Source: Octopus vulgaris
Taxonomy: Eukaryota
Assembly: GCA_951406725.2 (NCBI GenBank)
Contig: OX597818.1
Span: 56,110,001-56,174,000, forward strand
Reading direction: 5' to 3'
DNA length: 64,000 nt
Part shown: positions 41,990-52,186 of the stretch, one piece after another
Layout of the letters: the number at the start of each line of letters is the position of its first letter
How positions within the stretch are numbered: position 1 is the stretch's first letter
The notes under the pieces: model-generated
Seen by the model: only the letters and a program-made list of their open reading frames with translations
What the model was told of the DNA's origin: nothing
The model's database searches: none
Program-made: the position numbers and the translations under genes

Positions 41990-43078
41990 AGTATAAGTCG
42001 GTTCCAAGGGGGAGTATAATTGCAAAACAGAAACTTAACCCTTTCATTACTGTATTTATTTTGAGATGCTCTGTGTTGCTTTCTATTAATTCTAAATATA
42101 ACAAAGAATTTAGTAAAATAATTTAGTTGTCATTCAGCTAGTGTTAGGAACGTAAATTGTAACTAAGCTTTGGTGGAAGATTTTAATTCAGAACTTTTGG
42201 AAACAAGACATTTGTACTCAGAGCCAGAGCTGGTTTCAGCCGGGTTGGTAATGAAAGGGTTAAAGGAATTGACGGAAGGCCACCACCAGGAGTGGAGCCT
42301 GTGGCTTAATTTGATTCAACATAGCAAAACTCACCGAGTTCAGACACTGGTAGGATTGACAGATCGATAGCTCTTTCTCGATTCAGTGGGTGGTGGTGCA
42401 TTTGATTCCAATAATGAACAAGACTCTGGCCTGCTAACAAGTGCATCGATTAATGCTTTTCTAGTAGCATGGCAGCACCAAAGCTGTTGTTGGTAGTTCT
42501 GCACATGGCCCAGGCTTGATGTTGCCACCGCTCTCCTTCATGTCCAACACTGCAACTGTGTTCAGTGCTGTGGCTGTGTCCAGCACTGCAGCTGCATCCA
42601 GCACTGCAGTTGCATCCAACTGCCGCCCCCTCGCAGGGCAGTTGTGGTGTGGTAGTGGCATCGGTTGTGGAGCGGGAGCAGTGAGCCGCTCGGCTCGGCC
42701 CAAGCAAGCCTGGTGGTGGCACACCATCATTTCCAAGCCATCTGGCTGGTGAACACAGGGCTTTTTAGAAGGATGGGCGACAGAAAACTGCACGAGGCAG
42801 AACGATAACAGGTCTGTGATGCCTTTAAATGTCTGGGGCTATACACGCACTACACTGGAGGTATCAGTGGGTGCATCACCCCCAGCCTGGGAGGGTTGGG
42901 AAGCCTCTGGACCACCTCCCATGATAGGGATCGGGGCCTGGTACCAACCTCGTGAACAAGAAATCCCCAGTAAACAAGGGTCATCAGCCCACGTCGATCA
43001 TGTCCCTGTCCTTTGTACATACAGCCTGTCGCTACTACCAATCAAACAGTCTGGTGAGGTCATCAGATCTGGCCTGGT
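41990..43078 (+). pseudogene. 18S rRNA pseudogene (3' half) interrupted by a MITE
   Basis: Decayed universal SSU motifs: gggagtataattgcaaaacagaaacTTAA|aggaattgacggaagg, ggagcctgtggcttaatttga, aggattgacagat, gtgggtggtggtgcat, ataacaggtctgtgatgcc, cctttgtacatacagcctgtcgctactacc; many CpG>TpG/CpA changes and deletions. Confidence 0.93.
42039..42259. mobile_element. piggyBac-type MITE inside the 18S pseudogene
   Basis: TTAA TSD (42035-38, 42260-63); TIRs ccctttcattac / gtaatgaaaggg. Confidence 0.92.
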
Positions 43079-43244
43079 GAATAGAAGTGAGTAGGAACCA
43101 AAGCAGAGTGAGTGAGGGTGGACAGAGGTTGTAAGAGTGTTTGGGAAAAGTGAGGAGATACATAAAAAATTATTTACTTATAACTAAAGTAGCAGGAAAA
43201 ATGCAAACTCGATACGCATTTTTTTTTTTTAACATAAACCATTA

Positions 43245-43461
43245 CAAGCGGGTGCTGAAAAGTTCCTGGCTCTGGGTAAAAGAAAACACAGGAGGATCAG
43301 TTAATTAAGATTTTATTTAACATATTTCCCTCTCAGATTCACACATTTATTGCAGTGGTCCTTCAGTTTTTCTACACTCTGTGAAAGAACTCAGAAGGTT
43401 TGGCCTCCAACCAGGCCTTTCACAATATCCTTAAAGCCAGGAACTTTTCTGCACCCCTTCA
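43245..43461. mobile_element. Mariner-type MITE
   Basis: TIRs gggtgctgaaaagttcctggct / agccaggaacttttctgcaccc, TA flanks. Confidence 0.75.
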
Positions 43462-43924
43462 TATATTTTATAATCAGTACCAATTTAATTTAGGCAGTGG
43501 AGGGTAAACAAAAAATGTATACTTTGTTTAATGGACAATCACGTCCAACAGGTGCCTTCCCAAATGACATGAAGGCAGTCACTAAAATGGCACATCTTGA
43601 CCATTGCATCATTCTGCCCCATTGTAGAGTCACCATAACAGGTGAGTGGATGAGTTATTGCAATCACAACTGAGGAGTTGTAAGTTCAAATCCTGAGCAA
43701 AGCTGTGAAACTCTACTCATTTACTGACAGTATTGTTGATGAGAAACTGAACAGACCTTTAAGCAAATATATTTTATTTGGACCACATTGTGTTCTTTCT
43801 TTTATCTAATACTGCAAGTATCATTTGAAGAAGACTTGACTGCTGTTTATGGCAGGTCAAGCAAAGCATTCGCAGAGGTGTGATGTTGCAGAGGGTACAA
43901 TGGTATCAATGAACTAGCTTCGTA

Positions 43925-44375
43925 TACAGTAGTAACAATGATAACTACAATAAGGAGATGATGATGGTGATGATGGCATCATTATTGATGATGGGAAATA
44001 CTGGTTTAAGTTGATAGCCATGGTAGCAATGATGTGGGTGGCAGTGGTAGTACTGGTGACAGTGATAGTGGTGGAGATGGGCCAATAGTTGTAGTTGGAG
44101 TGTTGGTAGTGTTGACATTAATGGTCTACATTAGAAAGATGGCAGTGATAACTGGGACAGTGGTGGTGGTGGTTGTGGTGGAGGTGGTGACAGTGGTGAC
44201 GGTATAATGGTAGTGATGGTAGCTGTTTCGCGAATAGTTAAGATAGTCAGGTTGTAATTACAGTGGAGGTGGAGAGGTGATGGTGTTGACATTAATGGTT
44301 AAGATGAAAGGATTGCAATGACCTTAATAATTAAAATGGTGGAAATATAAAGTGATGATGATGATGATGATGATT
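43925..44375. repeat. Degenerate (GGT)/(GAT) low-complexity tract
   Basis: Directly visible. Confidence 0.75.
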
Positions 44376-44405
44376 TCACTAATTCTTTTGATTTCTGTAT
44401 TTCAG

Positions 44406-44441
44406 GTCTTGGAATCAAGAACACAACATATCCAGCTGAAA
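44406..44441 (+). CDS. Ig protein exon 4: 36-nt stalk exon (GLGIKNTTYPAE)
   Basis: Acceptor ttctgtatttcag, donor gaaa|GTAAGT, phase 1-1; NTT sequon. Confidence 0.8.
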
Positions 44442-44650
44442 GTAAGTGCATGTTAGAGGAGGCAATGAGTTTAATATAGATAAATATTACAAAGATATAA
44501 TATGTAATGGTATGATGGTAAAATGGTAAGGTATAAGGAATTGTATGGTCAGTACTGAATTGACCTATAGGCTTGGCAGGCTGAGCTAAAGCCAACAGAC
44601 TGCTATGAGTGGTAACTGAATGACCACTATAAACAACTGACCACTATGAC

Positions 44651-44714
44651 CAGGGGTGTAGATAGGGTAAACAGCGCCCAGAGCAAGCATCAAAATTGCA
44701 CCCCCCCCATCACC

Positions 44715-44746
<32 letters not shown>

Positions 44747-44875
44747 CCACCACCAAAAAGTGGAAATTCGCATAGAAATGGCTTAATTAGAAAATGATCT
44801 TTGCCAAAACTGCACCCTGCTCAAAGTGGCGCCCAGGGTATGTGCCCTGCTTGCCCCACCCTAGTTACACCCCTG
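44651..44875. mobile_element. hAT-type MITE
   Basis: TIRs caggggtgta / tacacccctg; degenerate 8-bp TSD actatgac/gccatgac. Confidence 0.7.
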
Positions 44876-44954
44876 GCCATGACTGACCATACTGTATAAT
44901 CTCTACTTTCTGTTTTTGCTAAAATCCTTTTCTCTTTCGCATTGTTTTCTTCAG

Positions 44955-45110
44955 ATGCCAACACCGTTTCTTATGCTGCAATTTTTGTCGGGGCTGTTAT
45001 TGGTTTTATAGCCATTATAGTTCTTCTGACCACTGGAATATATTATGGTGTTCAGTATAAACAAGTGGTTTTGGAATATTTCCAGAGAATCTGTCCTTGG
45101 CTATGGAAAG
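44955..45110 (+). CDS. Ig protein exon 5: transmembrane exon (AAIFVGAVIGFIAIIVLLTTGIYYGV)
   Basis: Acceptor ttttcttcag, long hydrophobic stretch, donor aaag|GTAAAT, phase 1-1. Confidence 0.92.
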
Positions 45111-45128
45111 GTAAATGTCATTTTACTC

Positions 45129-45634
45129 TTTTACTTGTTTCAGTCATTTGAATGCGACCATGCTGGAGCACCCCCTTTAATCAAGCAAATTGAACCCCTG
45201 ATTTATTCTGTGTTAGCCTAGTACTTATTCTATCAGACTCCTTTGCCGAACCACTAAGTTACAGGGATGTAAACACACCAGCATCAGTTGTCAAGCGATG
45301 TTGGGGGGACAAACACAGACACACAAACATATACACACACGTAGCACCATCCGTTCATGGCTGTTGCCAGCCTCGCCTGGCCCCCGTGCCGGTGGCACGT
45401 AAAAAGCACCATGCGTCCGTGGCCGTTTGCCAGCTCCGTCTGGCACCTGTGCGGGTGGCACGTAAAAAGCACCCACTACACTCACGGAGTGGTTGGTGTT
45501 AGGAAGGGCATCCAGCCGTAGAAACACTGCCAGATCAGACTGGGCCTGATGCAGCCTTCTAGCTTCACAGACCCCAGTTGAACCGTCCAATCCATGCTAG
45601 CATGGAAAGCGGACGCATGATGATGATGATGATG

Positions 45635-45685
<51 letters not shown>

Positions 45686-45850
45686 CGATGGGCTTCTTTC
45701 AGTCTCCGTCTACCAAATCCACTCACAAGGCTTTGGTTGGCCCTAGGCTATTGTAAAAGATACTTGCCCAAGGTGCCACGCAGTGAGAATGAACCCAGAA
45801 CCATTTGGTTGGTAAGCAAGCTACTTACCACACAGCCACTCCTACGCCTA
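45129..45850 (-). mobile_element. SINE A (minus) with SINE B (45341-45635, plus) nested in its internal CA/TA tract
   Basis: Both halves of A are intact on either side of the B copy. Confidence 0.88.
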
Positions 45851-46129
45851 TAAATGTCATTTTAATAAAAAATAAACCACAGAAGTTTTTGAAAGAAGTG
45901 ATGAGGTTTGATCTCAAAACGTTGGTCTTCACAAAAGAGTTGAGTGATAATGTCATATTGGCTTCACATTTTGGTAGAAGGTCAACAATTTTGAGATAAG
46001 GAGGAGTTGATTACATTCACCCCAGTGATCAACTGGTTCTTGTTTTATTGACCCCAAAAGGATGAAAGACAAAGCTGACCTCAACAGAGTTTTGAACTCA
46101 GAACATAAAGATGGACAAAATGCCATTAA

Positions 46130-46584
46130 CCCTTTTAATACCAACCCAACTGAAACCGATTCTGGCTCTGTAGTACAAATGTCTTGTTTTCTGAATTAAA
46201 ATATTCCACCAAACCTTAGTTATCATTAAGCTAGTGTTAGGAACATAAATTGTGACTAACTTATTTTACTAAATTCTTTGTTATATTTAGAATTAATTGA
46301 AAGAAACCCAGAGAATCTCAACAGAACTATGGTAACAAAAGGGTTAAGAAATGATTAATTTAGCCCTTTCGATACCAACCTGGCTAAAACTGCCTCTGGC
46401 TCTGTAGTACAAATGTCTTGTTTTCATAAGTTCTGAATTAAAATCTTCCACCAAACCTTAGTCACAATCATGTTCCTAACACTAGCTGAATAATAACTAA
46501 GCTATTTTACTAAATGCTTTGTTATATTTAAAATTAATTGAAAGAAACACAGAGCATCTCAAAGTAAATACGGTAATGAAAGGG
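46130..46584. mobile_element. Two piggyBac-type MITEs (46130-46343, 46364-46584) inside a SINE C copy
   Basis: TTAA flanks, ccc...ggg ends; same family as 42039-42259 but in the opposite orientation. Confidence 0.85.
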
Positions 46585-47248
46585 TTAAGCATTTTCCCTG
46601 TCAGCTCATTACCTTTAGATATGATGTAATATTGGTTCCACAATTTGGCACAAGACCAGCAACTTCAGAGGAAGGGGTTAAATCAATTACATAGACCCCA
46701 GTACTCAACTGGTATCTATTTTACCAACTCCGAAAGGATGAAAAGCAAAGCCGGCCTCAGCAGAATTCAAACTCAGAACATAAAGATGTCTGAAATGGTG
46801 CTAAGCATTTTGCCTGGCACGGTAAGGATTCTGCCAGCTTGCCACCCTGATATGATGCAGTATATTATAATCTGGTTTTATACACCAACCCAATTTCTCT
46901 GCTGCTGCTGCTGTTGTTGTTATTGTTGTTAAGCAACAAGACAGGTAAGGGTGATTAGGTGATGGTCTAGGGTTCAGGGGCGGGAGACCCCAAACCTTGG
47001 GGAAAAAAAAAACTGGTCATCTGGTAGTCGAGGGCTCTTCGTTGATGCCCGACACCACTGGAAGGTGGCCCCCGAAGTCGCTGGAAATGGAGATCTCTAG
47101 GTCCAAATTCTTGGATGGCTGCTGCTGCTGCTCCCAGAATACACTGGTAGCCATGGGAAAGGTATTACCATTAAAAATCATAAATAAACCTTTTCACCCC
47201 CAAGTTATTTATCAGGATTCATAACATTTGTATTATTTTGTTTTTCAG

Positions 47249-47270
47249 ATGGAAAAGACACGGACAGTGT
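47249..47270 (+). CDS. Ig protein exon 6: 22-nt microexon (DGKDTDSV)
   Basis: Acceptor ttttgtttttcag, donor gt|GTAAGT; phase 1-2 is what is needed to join exon 7. Confidence 0.8.
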
Positions 47271-47465
47271 GTAAGTGTTCTATTTTCTCTTAAGAACTAT
47301 AAATCGCATATTGGTCTTCCAAAGAAGGATCTCACTATGAGGTGGACATCATTCAGATTGGTGACCCTGATGTGGTTTGTTAATCGCTTTTGTTGATAAA
47401 AATGATGCATTACCAACATATAGGTGATAAATTCAAACATTAACAGAATAGGTTGTGTTATTAAT

Positions 47466-47910
47466 ATTCTTTTCTACTCTAGCCACAAGGCCCGAAATTT
47501 TGGGGAAGGGGTGAGAGCAGTCAATTAGATCGACCCCAGTATGCAACTGGTACTCAATTTATTGGCCCTGAAAGGATGTAAGGCAAAGTTAACCTTGGCA
47601 AAATTTGAACTCAGAACGTAGACAGATGAAATACCACTAAGCATTTTGCCCAGCATGCTAACGTTTCTGCCAGCTCACCACCTTATATTTATTCTTTTCT
47701 ACTCTGGGCACAAGGCCTGAAATTTCTGGAGAGGCAGAGGCAGTCAATTAGATCAACCCCAGTATGCAACTGGTACTTAATTTATCAACTCAGAAAGGAT
47801 GAAAGGCAAAGTCAACCTCGGCAGAATTTGAACTCAGAACATAAAGACAGACGAAATACCACTAAGCATTTCGCCCGGTGTACTAACATTTCTGCCAGCT
47901 TGCCACCTTA
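47466..47910 (-). mobile_element. Two adjacent SINE C copies
   Basis: Family motifs occur twice. Confidence 0.85.
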
Positions 47911-48408
47911 TAACAGTAACATATAATATGACTTCACTTCTGATCTGTTTCCCCTTCGTATATATTAATTAGTATTTTTAACCTTTATATATTATGCACG
48001 GGTTTCCCCAAGCCAATTGTTATTACATAAGTCAGTTCTGTTACATAACACAATCAACCTACTTCCTCGGTATTACCAGCTAAAAATGGAATGTGAAGAT
48101 AGGGGCATGCCTTGATATGCTCTTATGACCGGGAGTGCAATACATTAAACTCAAGGCCATGCACCTTCAAGTTCATGTGTGAAGGAAGAAGGGATATAAT
48201 CCTCCTGTTGGAGGCCAGGTCTAAATGGTTGTGACCCCATGAGCCTGGTGATGGTGTTTAACCAGTCAACCAATTTAATTTACTAATCAAGGATTTGTAT
48301 TTAAAGAATTAACAAGTCACATATCTCTATACAACATTTTTTATTTTTTATTTATTCTCTTTGGTCATTTGTGAATAATTTTTAACAAATCAACATTCTC
48401 CATTGCAG

Positions 48409-48457
48409 CACAGATATAAGAGAGGACCAACCAAGCCCACACAGCCAGGAAGACCAG
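48409..48457 (+). CDS. Ig protein exon 7 (TDIREDQPSPHSQEDQ)
   Basis: Acceptor ttctccattgcag, donor cag|GTAAAG, phase 2-0. Confidence 0.8.
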
Positions 48458-48590
48458 GTAAAGTGTTACGTGTTTTGTGTATTTGTTGTTATAGTTGTTA
48501 TTATGAGCTAGCAGTACTTTGATCAAAAACATTCAAGCAATGCCCATACCATCTAGTTTGATCTCAACATTGTCTATCTAGGCCTATATA

Positions 48591-49156
48591 TTGGGTTGTC
48601 CGGAAAGTTTGTGCCGATTTATAGTAGCTTACCTTTCGACTTATTTTAGAACATGGTTGAGTCCATAAAATAGGATTTGACTACACCTCCACTTAGAGCA
48701 CAGTTTAAGCTATCTTTTCGTGGAAGAAGATTTATGTTCCTATAACCCCTGTTAATTCTGTAACCCTTTAAAATGGAAGATAAGAAAGTTTATTTTCGGA
48801 ACTTGATGCTTTGGGAACCAGACAAAAATTGCTGCAGCTCGGCTGGGATGTGTTCCGCCACCCTCCATATTCACCAGATATTGCTCCTTCGGATTTCCAC
48901 TTATTCAGGTCTCTGCAGAATAGTCTTAATGATAAAAATTTCAATTCCTTGGATGACATAAAAAGATACCTTGATGAATTCTTTGCCATGAAATCACCTC
49001 AATTCTGGGAAGAGGGTATTTTCAAGTTAAAGGAAAGGTGGAGGTTCATTGTGCAACAAAATGGTTCATATTTGGTTGATTAAAAATGTAATGGCAAGTA
49101 TTTATTGACCTTTTTCTTTCCTTCAAAAATCGGCACGAACTTTCCGGACAACCCAA
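48591..49156 (+). mobile_element. Internally deleted mariner transposon
   Basis: TIRs ttgggttgtccggaaagtt.gtgccgatt / aatcggcacgaactttccggacaacccaa, TA TSD; N-terminus MEDKKVYFRNLMLWE (48773) fused out of frame to the C-terminal part with HPPYSPDIAPSDFHLFRSL (to 49083). Confidence 0.95.
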
Positions 49157-50669
49157 TATATCTAATGCATATGTTTTTACCTTAAGGGAGAGTGTGGGAT
49201 GATAAAGATCTGGTTGCTGTTTCTAGTGATCCTGATGGGGTCCGTATAAGATTTTTTGAGGTCCTTACAAGCAAAATAGTAAATTAGGGACCCACACTAG
49301 TATATTAAGGGTCCATGAAAATATTTTTGATTTAGATGTATTTATTGCAAGAAATGGCTTAGTTTCTTTCTCTAGTGTTGTACATATTTCAATCTACACA
49401 AGTTAATGGATGAAAATCAAAATAGAAATTTTGTAAGAAGTTTCTATAAAACTAGTTTTTCTTTCTTTACTGGCCACAAGCTAAACATAGAGGGGACAAA
49501 CTAGTTTTTAAACATCAAATGGCTATGGGGGTCCACCAGAATAAAATAGTAACCAAAGGGGTCCATAGGTAATGGATTTGGTACATAGAAACTGTAAGAA
49601 GCCCAATATATATATATCACCATCATTTAACATCTGGCTTCTATGCTGGTGTGGGTGTGTGTATGTACACATGTGTCTCCTTGTTTTAAGAATACAGTAT
49701 GGCTATAAATGGTTGAAAATTAGGAAAACCACTTGTCATACAGTTTTTTATTTCTTTATTGCCCACAGGGTGCTAAACATAGAGGGGACAAACAAGGACA
49801 GACAAAGGGATGAAGTTGATTACATTGACTCCAGTGCATAACTGGTACTTAATTTATCGACCCCGAAAGGATGAAAGGCAAAGTTGATCTCAGCGGAATT
49901 TGAACTCAGAACGTAGCGGCAGACGAGATACCGCTAAGAATTATGCTCAGTGTGCTAATGTTTCTGCCAGCTTGCCACCTTCACTTGTCATATAGTTTCT
50001 GTCTACCAAATTCACCCACAAGCCATTGGTTAACTCAGGATTATAGTTGACACTTACCCAAGAAGCAGGATTGAACCCCAAATCCTTTAATAAGAACCAA
50101 ACTTTCTACTACACAGCTATGCTTGCATCTCTTATGAGCATGTGTGTGTAACGAGCACCTTTCGAGCATTGAGCCTCACAGAGGCAAAGTGGCTGAGTTC
50201 CTTTTGAGCGTTGGGCCTCACAAAGGCAATGACCAAGACCTTTGGCCTTTTGTCATGCTTGAGAAGACCCATCAAGCCAAGCAAAATCACAATTGTGGCA
50301 GATACTAGTGTTACACAAATGGCACCTGTGCCAGTGGCATGCAACAGCACCAATTACACTCTCAAAATGGTTGGCTTTAGGAAGGGCATCGAGCTGTAGA
50401 AAACGATACCAAATCAGACTGGAGTCTGGTGCGGCCTTCCAGTATGCCAACCCAGTCAAACCAAGTATTTGCCTCTTAGCAGTTCAAGTATGTCACAAAC
50501 ATACTTTGACCAACCTGAATTTTGCTAATGCCTAAACACTGCTTGGCGCTAACATTTTGTATGTGTGTGTGCACACACACATTTTCTGTCACATTAAACA
50601 TCCACGAACACATATAAATATTATTTATGATGCTCTTAGAATAATATATGTTAATATATGTAATTTGTA

Positions 50670-51082
50670 GGACAGCAAGCTAGCAGAATCATTAGCAGAC
50701 CAGGCGAAATGCTTAGCAGTATTTCGTCTGCCGTTACATTCTGAGTTCAAATTCCGCCGAGGTCGACTTTGCCTTTCATCCTTTCAGGGTCGATAAATTA
50801 AGTACCAGTTATGCACTGGGGTCGATATAATCAACTTATTCCTTTGTCTGTCCTTGTTTGTCCCCTCTATGTTTAGCCCCTTGTGGGTAATAAAGAAATA
50901 GGTATTTCGTCTGCCATTAAGTTCTGAGTTCAAATTCTACCGAGGTCGACTTTGCCTTTCATCCTTTTGAGGTCGATTAAATAAATACCAGTTATGCACT
51001 GGGGTCGATATAATCAACTTATTCCTTTGTCTGTTCTTGTTTGTCTCCTCTATGTTTAGCGCCCTGTGGGCAATAAAGAAAT
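50670..51082 (+). mobile_element. SINE C head-to-tail dimer
   Basis: Second unit restarts at gtatttcgtctgcc, the same junction as in the trimer at 35058. Confidence 0.88.
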
Positions 51083-51142
51083 TAATGTGTGTATTTTGTA
51101 TAAATGAATGAATGTATAAAAACTAAGTTTACTTTGTTTCAG

Positions 51143-51277
51143 GTTGACTCCAGATTTTCCTCACCAATTTTATCAGAGTCAGAAATTTGCCAACATGACT
51201 TCATCGTGAAACAAAACAATAAGGAATTTATTATCCATTTTCCTGCTAATCAACAGTCTCGGAGCACCAACGTGTAA
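51143..51277 (+). CDS. Ig protein terminal exon 8 (VDSRFSSPILSESE...NQQSRSTNV*)
   Basis: Acceptor actttgtttcag, phase 0, 44 codons to TAA; C-terminal T-N-V fits the class I PDZ ligand S/T-x-V. Confidence 0.85.
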   Translation, partial: VDSRFSSPILSESEICQHDFIVKQNNKEFIIHFPANQQSRSTNV

Positions 51278-52186
51278 AGGACAAACTCATTTCTAAGACT
51301 GTCACAAACTTTACACAAGAATAACAAGAATCAAGCTGAGACAGAGAAATGAATGTGAACCATCGTTTTTGTATTTGTATTGCAAGAATTTTTATGTGAA
51401 ATCATCATCATCATCATCATTTAGCATCCATCTTCCATGCTGGCATGAGTTGGACGGTTTGACAGTGTCGGCCAGGTATAAAACTACCTCACACTACTGT
51501 GTCTATTTTGGCAGGGTTTAAATTGATGTTCTATCTTGGGAGGGTCATACTGTCGATGAAAGACACACACTGGTTATGTTTCACTTCAGTTATATTACCA
51601 ATCAGGCAGCATTTTATCCAAAATGATAACATTTTTGCCAACTCACTTAATAAATAATAGTAACTATTTCTAATATAGACACAAAACCTAAAATTTTTAA
51701 AGGGAGCAAGTTAGTTGATACCATTGACCCAAGTACTTGACTGGCACTTTATTTTATTGACCCTAAGAATGGATGACTGGTAAAGTTGACCTGAGCAGGG
51801 TTTGAACTCCTACTGTAAAGAGAAAAAAGAAATACAGCAAGGCCATTTTTCTGATGTTTTCACAATTCTGCAAGCCTGTTGCCTTAATAATAATTCCTTC
51901 TAATTTTGGTACAAGGCCATCAGTTTTGAGGGGAGGGGGACAAGTCATTTACATTGATACTAGTACTTGACTAGTAACTTATTTTATCAACCCCAAAAGG
52001 ATGAAAAACACAGCAGACCTTAGTAGAATTTGAACTCAGAGCCTAAAGAACCACGAGGAAAGCATTTTATCTGATGCACAAATGATGGTGGATTAACAGT
52101 ATTCTTTCTAGTTCCTTATAGTTTAATTTCAAATCCTTCCATGGCCAACTCCACCTTTCATCCTTCTGGTATTGATAAGATAAAAG

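Noticed and set aside
42340-43094. GC-rich ORFs on both strands
   Set aside because: They lie inside the 18S pseudogene and its V7 expansion.
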